A program made the position numbers and the translations under genes. The notes under the pieces were generated by a model. That model did not search any database. It was not told the DNA's origin and saw nothing but the letters and a program-made list of their open reading frames with translations. 62,951 bases of DNA, taken from assembly GCA_041736175.1 (NCBI GenBank), contig JBGSUI010000151.1, positions 1 through 62,951 on the forward strand, given 5' to 3'. Positions 9,851 through 18,161 of the stretch are shown piece after piece (positions within the stretch are counted from its first letter, which is position 1; each line of letters begins with the position of its first letter). The DNA comes from Oligoflexales bacterium. GTDB lineage: Bacteria > Bdellovibrionota_B > Oligoflexia > Oligoflexales > CAIYRB01.

Positions 9851-10994
9851 GGATTTCTGATCCTTGTAATTGGGGCGCGCGGGACGCATAGGGAATCCGG
9901 GCGGCGGCAAATGTCATAAACCGGCCTACTCCCTCTTCCGTGTATTTTTGTTTGGTTATGGTGAGTTCATTGGCGTTTGCAGCGAGCAGAGCTGCGGGCT
10001 CGGCGACCCCGCGGCTTCCCGTGTGTTTTTTGACCATCTCTGAGGGGTTGATGATCCCTGGGACCTGGTCTAACTCCTGGGCCGTGTAGGTGGTCAAAAC
10101 CCAACCGTATTTATGACAGAGTTCCAGAAGCCCTGGCTCATCGGCCTTTAGATCGATGGTGGCAACCTTACCGACTGAGGCGACCGCCAAGCCGTATTCG
10201 TCTAAAAACCCCAGGACTCCCCGCTCTAAAAGCTCCAGGGGAGTGCCACGGTCGCAGCCGATCCCCAAGACCAGAGTCTTAGGATGGTAGATCACCGCTT
10301 GGGCCCGGTAGTCACCAGAAATCACCTCTGGTTTGCGATCGGTCACCAGCAGCAGGATCCCATACCGACGAGGATCTACGTCGTCGAGGGACCGGTGGTA
10401 TTCCACGGCGGGAGGCAGGTTTTGCTCCAGGGGCCACCAGTGGGGCTCACCACACTCTTGAATCACAGCGACGGGTTCTTCGTTGACCACCGCAGCACAG
10501 CCCTTGGTGACGTTAAAATCCGCATCCGCCAGAGTCCAACCCAAGTCTCGGCCTAAGATATCCACCGTCAAAGTGCCTCGAACATCGGAAGCCGTGGTGA
10601 CCACGGGAGTCGATCCGAGGATTTCGGCCACCCGGTGGGTAAACATATTTCCGCGACCCACATGTCCCGAGAGGGTACAGATCACAAAGCGGGCATCGTC
10701 GTCGACACAGAGGACTGCGGGATCGACTTTTTTAGAGACCAGAGCCGGCGCGATCATCCGGACCACCGCACCAACGCTGATGATAAAGATATGGCAATCG
10801 TAGGCTGTAAACTGATCTTTGAGGAATTCTCCCATGGGCAGTGGGAGGAGTTTGGTCGTAGGAGGGCCAAGATGGATCACCTTGTGGGAAAGAAAAAGCT
10901 CACAGCCAGGAAGGGCTTCTGCCAGGCTGACCGCCTTGGCGGCACCATGCTTGGTAAGTGCATAAATAGCAAAAGGTTTACGGGCCGTGGTCAT
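9834..10994 (-). CDS. cbiG: Cobalt-precorrin-5A hydrolase
   Basis: GAVVRMIAP, DPAVLCVD, LSGHVGRGN, TTASD, LGIGCDRG, GVAEPAAL. Confidence 0.93.
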   Translation of the reverse strand: MTTARKPFAIYALTKHGAAKAVSLAEALPGCELFLSHKVIHLGPPTTKLLPLPMGEFLKDQFTAYDCHIFIISVGAVVRMIAPALVSKKVDPAVLCVDDDARFVICTLSGHVGRGNMFTHRVAEILGSTPVVTTASDVRGTLTVDILGRDLGWTLADADFNVTKGCAAVVNEEPVAVIQECGEPHWWPLEQNLPPAVEYHRSLDDVDPRRYGILLLVTDRKPEVISGDYRAQAVIYHPKTLVLGIGCDRGTPLELLERGVLGFLDEYGLAVASVGKVATIDLKADEPGLLELCHKYGWVLTTYTAQELDQVPGIINPSEMVKKHTGSRGVAEPAALLAANANELTITKQKYTEEGVGRFMTFAAARIPYASRAPQLQGSEIHGRSY

Positions 10995-11860
10995 AGGGCA
11001 ACCTCCTGGTGGACTTGCGCCTGGGGAACTTGCGTCCGGGGGGACTTGTCCGTGGGAGCTTGGCCGTGGGAGGTTTTCCCGGAAAGGACCCCACTGCGAA
11101 GTTTCTTATGGACAAAGACCATGGAAAAGTAAACACAACGGTCCCCTTTGATCTGGGTCAGGTCATGGAGCACTTTTTGGTCCTTTGAAGTCGCCCGCTC
11201 CACATAGGTGCTACAACCCATAAGTCCCTCTTCCTCAAGTACCTTGATCACACCTCGGATGCAGCTTGAGACCTTCATAATCAAGATGGCATCAAAAGCC
11301 CGCAGGGTGCTCCGCAACTCCTCCAGACCATAGGTCGCCGGGATCACCGCGATCCGTTCTTGGCCATCCGCAAGGGGGATTCCCGCCGCTGCGGGCACCG
11401 CCGAGAGGGACGTGACTCCCGGGACTACTTCGATCTTGAGATCAGGCTCCATCTCCCGAGCTTTTTCCTGGAGGTAGATAAAGGTGCTATAGACAAAAGG
11501 ATCCCCCTGGGTCAAAAAAGCCACCGAAAGCCCTTGGCGTAGCCGCGACTGGATCGCCTGGAAAGCATCATTCCAAGCAGGGACTAAGATGTCTGGATCC
11601 TTGGACATGGGAAAGGTGAGAAACAGCCGTTCTTGTCCTACTGCCAGGTTACTTTTTTCTTGGCCTTCCAGGTGGGGTTTGACAATGCTCCAGGCTACGG
11701 AGGTGCCAAAATCCGAGGGTCGGGGAATCGCCAGGACGTCAGCCTCCTGAATCACCCTTAGAGCTCTCAGCGTCAAAAGATCGGGGGCTCCGGGACCGAC
11801 ACCCACCCCGTAGAGGGTTCCTAGGGGAATCGCTGGTTGAGTCGTCAGTTGAGTGTTCAT
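10991..11860 (-). CDS. cbiL: Precorrin-2 C20-methyltransferase (CbiL/CobI)
   Basis: GVGVGPGAPDLLTLRA, LTFPM, TQGDPFVYSTF, VPGVTS, IMKV, YFS. Confidence 0.93.
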   Translation of the reverse strand: MNTQLTTQPAIPLGTLYGVGVGPGAPDLLTLRALRVIQEADVLAIPRPSDFGTSVAWSIVKPHLEGQEKSNLAVGQERLFLTFPMSKDPDILVPAWNDAFQAIQSRLRQGLSVAFLTQGDPFVYSTFIYLQEKAREMEPDLKIEVVPGVTSLSAVPAAAGIPLADGQERIAVIPATYGLEELRSTLRAFDAILIMKVSSCIRGVIKVLEEEGLMGCSTYVERATSKDQKVLHDLTQIKGDRCVYFSMVFVHKKLRSGVLSGKTSHGQAPTDKSPRTQVPQAQVHQEVAL

Positions 11861-13155
11861 ATAACGGGAGGCTCCTTGGGGTGCAGGGTATTCTGGGGTT
11901 TCTCCGCCCAAAAAATATGCACGGGATTGAGGGCTTCATAGCGAAGATACTTTCCGGCAAGAGGGGCTCCCCGGCTGACCTGGACCAGGGACAACTCGGG
12001 CATCAGCCCTAGGTCTAAAAATCCTTGATAGGCTTCGTTGACATTTTCGAGAGTGATCGCATTGACCACGAGCCGGCCCCCTGGCTTAAGCTCTTGCAGT
12101 GCGATCTTCATGATGGCCCCGAGCTGGCCTTTGCTGCCACCGATAAAAACCCCATCAGGTCGCGGCAGGCCGGCTAAACAGTCGGGAGCTAAACCGTGGA
12201 TCACCCGGTAGGCTCCTTGCAGATCTAAACCAAACTGACCGGCGTTGAGTTCGCACATCCTGACGCACTCAGGATCCGTCTCGATAGCATAGGCCTTAAG
12301 TCGGGGGGTCATCAAGACCGCTTCGATACTCAGGGAGCCCGATCCTGCTCCCACATCCCAAAGGGTCCCCCCTGGACGTAGGCCGAGGGCTGCAAGGCTC
12401 AGGATGCGGACTTCGCGCTTGGTGATCAAGCCGAGCTTGGGGACCTTTTTACTAAACAGGGATTCCCCTAAAAAAGGAATCACCGCTGGGGGCTGCCAGG
12501 GATCCTCGGAGGGTTTGCGCCGCATCACCAGGAGATTGAGGGGACCTATATCGATCTCTTGTGCCAACTCCGCCACAGTAAAAGACCGAAGCCTCTCCCC
12601 AGAACCCCCAAGGGACTCCCCCACCCAGCACTCCCAGTGGATCTCTCCCGCAGCTTCCATAAGAGCCGCGAGCCTTGGGGGAGATGACTCGCCGTCGGTC
12701 AACACCGCGATCTTCTCGGTGGTGCGCAGTGTTAAGATCCAGTCCCGGAGCGGTCTGCCATGAAAAGAAACAACATCCGCATCATCCCACTTCCAGCCCA
12801 AGCGGGCAAAAGCCCACTGCACCGAGCTGGGATGGGGAATCACTTCGAAGGGAAAAGGGGCTATTTGGCGCCCTAATAGAGCACCGATTCCAAAAAACAT
12901 GGGATCACCCGAGGCCAAGACCGCCACCCGTTTTTTTTGAGCCACCAGCTCCACCACTCTCGCCACCACATCGGAGAGCTTGGCACCACCCTCCCCCATC
13001 TGGATTTTGGGGCCAGGAAAATCACCGAAAAAATCCAGAAACCTTAGGGCCCCCACCAGAACATCGGCCTCAGCCACAGCGTTAAAGCCGCGGCTGCTGA
13101 GCCCGACACACCCATCTTCACCCATCCCAACGACCACGACTCCGGGTTTTTTCAA
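11857..13155 (-). CDS. cbiE: Bifunctional precorrin-6Y C5,15-methyltransferase (CbiET/CobL)
   Basis: LASGDPMFFGIG, SSVQWAFARL, ITKREVR, WDVGAGSGS, PDGVFIGGS. Confidence 0.93.
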   Translation of the reverse strand: MKKPGVVVVGMGEDGCVGLSSRGFNAVAEADVLVGALRFLDFFGDFPGPKIQMGEGGAKLSDVVARVVELVAQKKRVAVLASGDPMFFGIGALLGRQIAPFPFEVIPHPSSVQWAFARLGWKWDDADVVSFHGRPLRDWILTLRTTEKIAVLTDGESSPPRLAALMEAAGEIHWECWVGESLGGSGERLRSFTVAELAQEIDIGPLNLLVMRRKPSEDPWQPPAVIPFLGESLFSKKVPKLGLITKREVRILSLAALGLRPGGTLWDVGAGSGSLSIEAVLMTPRLKAYAIETDPECVRMCELNAGQFGLDLQGAYRVIHGLAPDCLAGLPRPDGVFIGGSKGQLGAIMKIALQELKPGGRLVVNAITLENVNEAYQGFLDLGLMPELSLVQVSRGAPLAGKYLRYEALNPVHIFWAEKPQNTLHPKEPPVI

Positions 13156-13880
13156 AGTCCATCCCTCCCCTTGGAGATTTCACCTTGGCTATCTGCCAGG
13201 GACTGGCGTTGTTTTAGGTCATCGACCGCCAAATACATCAAAGCGTGGATGATGGCGACGGCGATGGTGCTGCCTCCCTTCCGACCTTTAGTGACGATCC
13301 ATGGCACCTCCCCTACCCCCTCCTGATCCATGATGGCGACCTTAGATTCTGCTGCTGAGACAAACCCTACGGGGACCCCAATCACCAGAGCCGGACGCAC
13401 CCCATGGTCCTTGATCAGCCGCGCCACTTCGATCAAAGCCGTCGGAGCGTTGCCAATGGCGATGATGGCTCCTTCAAGCAGTCCTAAGCGGTGGGCTTTG
13501 GCCATGGATTCAATGGCTCGTGTAGAGTTTTTTTGTTTAGCAGTGGCAATCACATCCTCGTCCGAGATAAAGCCGTGGACCTTGCATCCAAAATAGTTGA
13601 GCCGTTCTTGGCTGAGCCCGCTCGCGATCATCGCCACATCCACCACGATAGGAGCGCTGCGAAAGAGGGCCTCACGGGCGGCAGCGACCGCACCTGGATG
13701 GATCAGCGTAAGGTCTTTGTACTCAAAATCTGCAGTGGAATGGATCACCCGTCGCACCACCTGCCAATGCTCCGGCGAGAATCCGTGTGGTCCCACCTCC
13801 TCGTCGATGACCGCAAAGCTACCTTCTTCGATCTGTCGTCCCTGGCCCGTCATCTGCCGTAAATCGCTCATGTGGATCAA
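13152..13880 (-). CDS. cbiC: Precorrin-8X methylmutase (CbiC/CobH)
   Basis: RVIHSTAD, IGNAPTAL, GVPVGFVSAAESK, GRKGGS. Confidence 0.95.
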   Translation of the reverse strand: MIHMSDLRQMTGQGRQIEEGSFAVIDEEVGPHGFSPEHWQVVRRVIHSTADFEYKDLTLIHPGAVAAAREALFRSAPIVVDVAMIASGLSQERLNYFGCKVHGFISDEDVIATAKQKNSTRAIESMAKAHRLGLLEGAIIAIGNAPTALIEVARLIKDHGVRPALVIGVPVGFVSAAESKVAIMDQEGVGEVPWIVTKGRKGGSTIAVAIIHALMYLAVDDLKQRQSLADSQGEISKGRDGL

Positions 13881-13886
13881 CCTGTT

Positions 13887-15104
13887 TTAAGTTTTAAGGG
13901 TTTTATGGCGACCGAGTAAGGTGCCGCTAAAGTCGAACATCGTTACATCGATCGAAACTCTTCCCTTGGCAAAAGCATGGCATTTCTCGCCGGCCACCCG
14001 GCATAGCTGGGTGGTGATATCGCTAAAACCGTGCTGGGTGCAGATCTCCAGCACATGCCGCGCCGTGTTCGCTCCAGCGATTTCCGCAACCACCGAAGGG
14101 GACGCTCCCCCTGCTTCGGCAAGGTTGGCAAGCAACAGCATATTAACCTCCGACGCTGAGGCATGGGTCATCATGCGCCCATCAGCCATCTTCGAAAGCT
14201 TGCCCATCATGCCGACGATATAAAGTTCTGAGATTCCATGGCGGAGACACTGTTTGATACCGATCCCGATATAATCCCCCACTTGGATAAAAGCCTGCTC
14301 GGGAAGATGAGGAAGGAGCTTCATGGCGTAAGCTTCCGAACGTCCCCCCGTGGTAAACACCAGCTCGCGCACCCCGTGGGTCACCGCCAAGTTGATCGCT
14401 TGGACGATGCTGGTGATAAAAGCCGATGTGGAGTAGGGCAAGACGATCCCCGTGGTCCCCAAAATGGAGATTCCACCAATGAGGCCTAGGCGGGCATTGA
14501 GGGTTTTTTTAGCCCGTTCCTCACCGTCAGGAACGCTGATCGTCACTTCGATCAGGGCTGGGGGCTGGTCGCCCCACTCTTCGAGGACCATCTCCGTGAT
14601 GTTTTTTCGCGGCACGGGGTTGATGGCTGGCCCGCCCACTTCCAGCCCTAGCCCCGGCTTGGTCACATGGGCCACGCCGGTTCCACCTTTAAGGATCACG
14701 TGGGAAATGCCCTTGGCGCTTTCCGGTGAGCCTACCGAGGAGTCTTCTGGGGGGCTCTCTCGTGAGAGCGACCGCAAACGGACCTCAGCCACCAGCTCTG
14801 CCCCGTGGGTACAATCGGGATCATCACCGCCGTCTTTGATGATGGAGCAAAGGGCTCCGTCGTCTAGGAGCTCCTGGCGGTGAAGGGCAAACTCGGCGGG
14901 GTTGCCGTTGGGCAAAGTCAATTTGATGGTGTTTAGTACAGCATCGTCCCTATATGAATCCGCTCCAGAATCCAAATTTCTCCCACGCTTTTTAAGGAGC
15001 CTGATGGCTGCCTTTGCGGCGCCTGCCGCACAAGCACCTGTGGTAAACCCACGGCGCAGTCCCTGGCGGTCTGGAGATATTCCAGTGGGGGGATCCGGGT
15101 TCAA
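13887..15104 (-). CDS. cbiD: Cobalt-precorrin-5B C1-methyltransferase
   Basis: GFTTGACA, KDGGDDPDCTHG, AINPVPR, GGISILGTTGIV. Confidence 0.95.
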   Translation of the reverse strand: MNPDPPTGISPDRQGLRRGFTTGACAAGAAKAAIRLLKKRGRNLDSGADSYRDDAVLNTIKLTLPNGNPAEFALHRQELLDDGALCSIIKDGGDDPDCTHGAELVAEVRLRSLSRESPPEDSSVGSPESAKGISHVILKGGTGVAHVTKPGLGLEVGGPAINPVPRKNITEMVLEEWGDQPPALIEVTISVPDGEERAKKTLNARLGLIGGISILGTTGIVLPYSTSAFITSIVQAINLAVTHGVRELVFTTGGRSEAYAMKLLPHLPEQAFIQVGDYIGIGIKQCLRHGISELYIVGMMGKLSKMADGRMMTHASASEVNMLLLANLAEAGGASPSVVAEIAGANTARHVLEICTQHGFSDITTQLCRVAGEKCHAFAKGRVSIDVTMFDFSGTLLGRHKTLKT

Positions 15105-16045
15105 ACTTTATGATCCTCCTGAGGTCGATGGTAGTAGAACTCTTTTTTAAGGCTTTCCACTGGATTCTGTTTTAAGGACGACAGCCAGCTTTCGAGACCC
15201 GGATAAAACCGGCCGTCTCCCAGATAGTAGAGGGTCCAGTCCTGGAAGTCTGGATCTTCAAGGCAGCCACGGGTCCAGGTAGCCCACTCTCCTTGAAGGC
15301 CGCCTGCCGTCTGAGGATGTTCCCCGACCACGACGCGAGTGAATTCGCTGGCGTCGTAGCCAGGTCCCGTCACGGAGGGATTATGGGTGTGAATGGTTTC
15401 AGTCACCACTTCGTGGGACAAAAACCCCCCTGTGTCCAGCCAAAGCAGGTGATGCGGCTGATGCACCGACTTTAGGACTTTGCTACAAAAAAGCCCAAGA
15501 CCTCCGGTGATCCCCGTGCCCACCGCAATGATAAGAGCAGCGCTGGGGGGTGTCCCGTCCACTGGCTCCCCCTTAAGCACACTGTCAGGTGCAAGCCGTC
15601 CCCAGGGTCCGCTAAAACTAAACACCGTATCTAGATTTGCATTCCATAGGTGTTCCGACCCAAAAGGAGTCGGGGCCATGGCCCCATTTTCATGGGACGA
15701 AAGGTGGGACGAAAGGCGGGACGAAAGGCGGTAGATCCCGAGGGTAAAGGGGACCTCTCCATCCTTAAGCCTGTCCCTGGCTGCGAAAGGCAGCATGGTG
15801 GGCACGAGGGAATAGGCCCGTTTAAGGGGGCGACCCTCTGCCGTCAAGTGGCCTGTGTCGATGATGATATATTGGCCCCCGCGATCCGCAAAGGACACCC
15901 CCTCCTGACTCCCATCTCCCATTCCATTCCCTGTGGCCGCAAAGGTCAGGAGGCAGGTCTGGGGATTGATCTCCAGACGGTGGATCAGCCGCGCATGGGT
16001 GGCTTTAGGCTTAGTTAACAGGGTATACCTCGTGGATGGAGTCAT
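15101..16045 (-). CDS. FNR-like FAD/NAD(P)-binding oxidoreductase
   Basis: GGQYIII, KRAYSL, FSGPWG, AVGTGIT and C-terminal EFY are ferredoxin-NADP reductase superfamily motifs; start 16045 or 16063. Confidence 0.75.
   Translation of the reverse strand: MTPSTRYTLLTKPKATHARLIHRLEINPQTCLLTFAATGNGMGDGSQEGVSFADRGGQYIIIDTGHLTAEGRPLKRAYSLVPTMLPFAARDRLKDGEVPFTLGIYRLSSRLSSHLSSHENGAMAPTPFGSEHLWNANLDTVFSFSGPWGRLAPDSVLKGEPVDGTPPSAALIIAVGTGITGGLGLFCSKVLKSVHQPHHLLWLDTGGFLSHEVVTETIHTHNPSVTGPGYDASEFTRVVVGEHPQTAGGLQGEWATWTRGCLEDPDFQDWTLYYLGDGRFYPGLESWLSSLKQNPVESLKKEFYYHRPQEDHKV
15694..15729. repeat. 3 x 12-bp tandem repeat GGGACGAAAGG(T/C), in-frame RLSS/HLSS
   Basis: Directly visible. Confidence 0.9.
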
Positions 16046-16385
16046 GGAGTTCTTCCAGATCACCGAGAAACTTTTGCATCTGTCCCGTCAGGTTGGCCAA
16101 GTCCTTTTCCACCTTGCGGTTAACCACCACGAGGGTCCGGTAATACCCGAGATTTGGGTCTTTGGGGTCCATGGCAGCCGCCTTTTGCTCTAGCTGATCC
16201 AGGGAGTTTTCAAAGAGACCCTTCAAATGGACCAAAGTGTTGGCTGCCACCATACCCTGCACGGGTGCCGTCGCCTTGCTTAGGTCGCCGATCTCCGCTA
16301 ATTCGTGGTCTTTCTCCACCTGGTCGCTGGTCCCTAAAACATTCATCAATCCCAGTCTTAACCCTGCTATTTCATGACACGCCAT
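16011..16385 (-). CDS. DUF3209 family protein
   Basis: MACHEIAGLRLGLMNVLG N-terminus; cob-operon context. Confidence 0.8.
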   Translation of the reverse strand: MACHEIAGLRLGLMNVLGTSDQVEKDHELAEIGDLSKATAPVQGMVAANTLVHLKGLFENSLDQLEQKAAAMDPKDPNLGYYRTLVVVNRKVEKDLANLTGQMQKFLGDLEELHDSIHEVYPVN

Positions 16386-16459
16386 AAACCTGTTTTTCCA
16401 TGATTGGGGCCGCGAAGCTTGCGGCTGTGTTAAAAAAATCCCTCCGCTGCTTTTTACAG

Positions 16460-17749
16460 TCACCCCAGAGAGCCGATGTCCATCACAAGGTCGATCTTTT
16501 CCCTTAATAACTCCCCTTTGAAAAGGTGTTTTTTAAAAAGATCTTCCACTTGATCCTCCGTAAAATCCCGGTACCAAATCCCATCGGGATAAACCACCAC
16601 GTTGGGACCTTCGCCGCACCGGCCCAGGCAAGAGGTCTTCGTGACCTTAAGCTCCTTGCCAATCCCTAGACTCCGGGCCATCCGCCTGATTTTGGGCACA
16701 AGACCCGCCGCACCTTTTTGGACGCATTCGATGTTGCTACAAACAAGTAAATGTTTCTTAAGGGGTGCGTGGCTATGGGGCAACGCCTCCTTGTGGGTCA
16801 GGCTATGCCTGACGCTATAGAGTAAGGCGTCAAGTCCCTTGACCTCACCCGCTACCCGGTCGAGGGGAACCCGATATTTGCAGTGGGTGCACGGCAAAGG
16901 CTCTCCCCCATGGAGCGCTTGGTGGACACGCAACTCAATCAGGCAGAACAGGGACTCGGGAAAGGGGTGTGAGCCCAGAGGTTCCGCCAGAGACACCTCA
17001 ATCCAAGAGTGGGATGCACTAAACTCCCTAACGACCGCTTCAATCCTGCGGACCAGCACCCCTTGGAAGAGAAAATAGGGTATGACGAGGACCCGGCGGG
17101 TTCGCCCCTGGATTGCAATCTTGAGGGTCTCGTCTAGTTTTGGCTCCGTGACCCCGATAAAACAGGGGTAGAACTTCAGGATCTGTAGGTCTTCGGCGAT
17201 TAGCCGGGCCACTTGGTAAAAGGTGCTATTGGCGTCGGGATCGCTGGTTCCTCGGCCGACGACCACCAGTGCTGTCGTGGGATCGGGCGCACCGGAATTG
17301 GCTGGTGCCCGAGTCCACGCGGCACCGTCCTGGGTGAGCTTTTCGACCCCATCGCGGACGGCCCGGACCATCAGGGGGTCAAGGCCTAGGGGCTTGGTGA
17401 TGACCCATTTGATGGTGGGGTCTTGTTTAGAAAAGGCAGCGATATGCAGGGGCAACTCGTTTTTAACATGACCTGCGGCAAAAAGGCTGATAGGGATCAC
17501 GATCACCCGGTGCGGCCTTACATCACGGAGGACCCCAGCGAGCACATCGGTGATCGAAGGCTGTGCAAGTTCCATATAACCAAAGACGACCGAAATCCCA
17601 GGCTCTCCTGGGCTCTCCTTAGCCGCCAGCCAGTCTTGGTAGGCGGACACAAAGGTGACAAACTCCCCATGGGTCTCGGGATCTCGGCTGCCGTGGCCGA
17701 CAAAAACGTAGACGTCCCTGGGTCGATCATTAAACCCTAAATCTTTCAA
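16460..17749 (-). CDS. cbiX: Sirohydrochlorin cobaltochelatase CbiX fused to a thioredoxin-like [2Fe-2S] ferredoxin
   Basis: VGHGSRD, AAGHVKNE, VGRGTSDPDAN, PCTHCKYR; C-terminal CSNIEC...TSCLGRC..GP.VVVYPDGIWY. TTG start at 17749 lies after GGAG; the ORF-track start at 17845 falls inside the riboswitch. Confidence 0.88.
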   Translation of the reverse strand: MKDLGFNDRPRDVYVFVGHGSRDPETHGEFVTFVSAYQDWLAAKESPGEPGISVVFGYMELAQPSITDVLAGVLRDVRPHRVIVIPISLFAAGHVKNELPLHIAAFSKQDPTIKWVITKPLGLDPLMVRAVRDGVEKLTQDGAAWTRAPANSGAPDPTTALVVVGRGTSDPDANSTFYQVARLIAEDLQILKFYPCFIGVTEPKLDETLKIAIQGRTRRVLVIPYFLFQGVLVRRIEAVVREFSASHSWIEVSLAEPLGSHPFPESLFCLIELRVHQALHGGEPLPCTHCKYRVPLDRVAGEVKGLDALLYSVRHSLTHKEALPHSHAPLKKHLLVCSNIECVQKGAAGLVPKIRRMARSLGIGKELKVTKTSCLGRCGEGPNVVVYPDGIWYRDFTEDQVEDLFKKHLFKGELLREKIDLVMDIGSLG

Positions 17750-17788
17750 CTCAACACTCCCTAGTCCCGAGGATGGTGCCCTTATGAC

Positions 17789-17955
17789 GGCTAGGAGTAG
17801 GTCTTCTGGCTTGTGAAGCAGTTTTATGAGAACCTGCTGTGACACCTTCCCAAGGAGCTCAAAGTCCTCAGTGGTTTTCCTGTCACTTAAGTCACTTACA
17901 GCGGCGGGTCCGCGTCGGATTTACACCGACTTCCCTGAATCGTCTCCTAACCAAC
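17789..17955 (-). ncRNA. Cobalamin riboswitch
   Basis: AGGGAAgtcGGTGtAAATCCgacgCggaCCCgccgCTGTaa...CCACTG...GGGAAGG...AGCCAGAAGACCT (B12 box); closing stem ggttaggag/ctcctagcc; upstream of the cob operon. Confidence 0.92.
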
Positions 17956-18161
17956 CCTTGCCTTCTAGCTAAGACTCCCGGGTTCGTCAACCTATGGTTT
18001 CAAAGGATCCTAAGTTTAAATTTCGGATGAACCCTGGTAACGGCTCACTCCTCCAAATCATAGGCAATACCTTAGAGCCATCCTGGGGAACCGGTTAGAG
18101 ACTTTCACCTCGCGATTGGACCTCAGCTTTCGTACCCTTCCTGCTTAAAGTCAAAAGACTC

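Noticed and set aside
15694..15729. 12-bp tandem repeat as a phase-variation switch
   Set aside because: The unit is a multiple of 3, so copy-number change only alters a loop length.
17750..18030. N-terminal extension of CbiX and the + strand 63-aa ORF
   Set aside because: Both overlap the cobalamin riboswitch.
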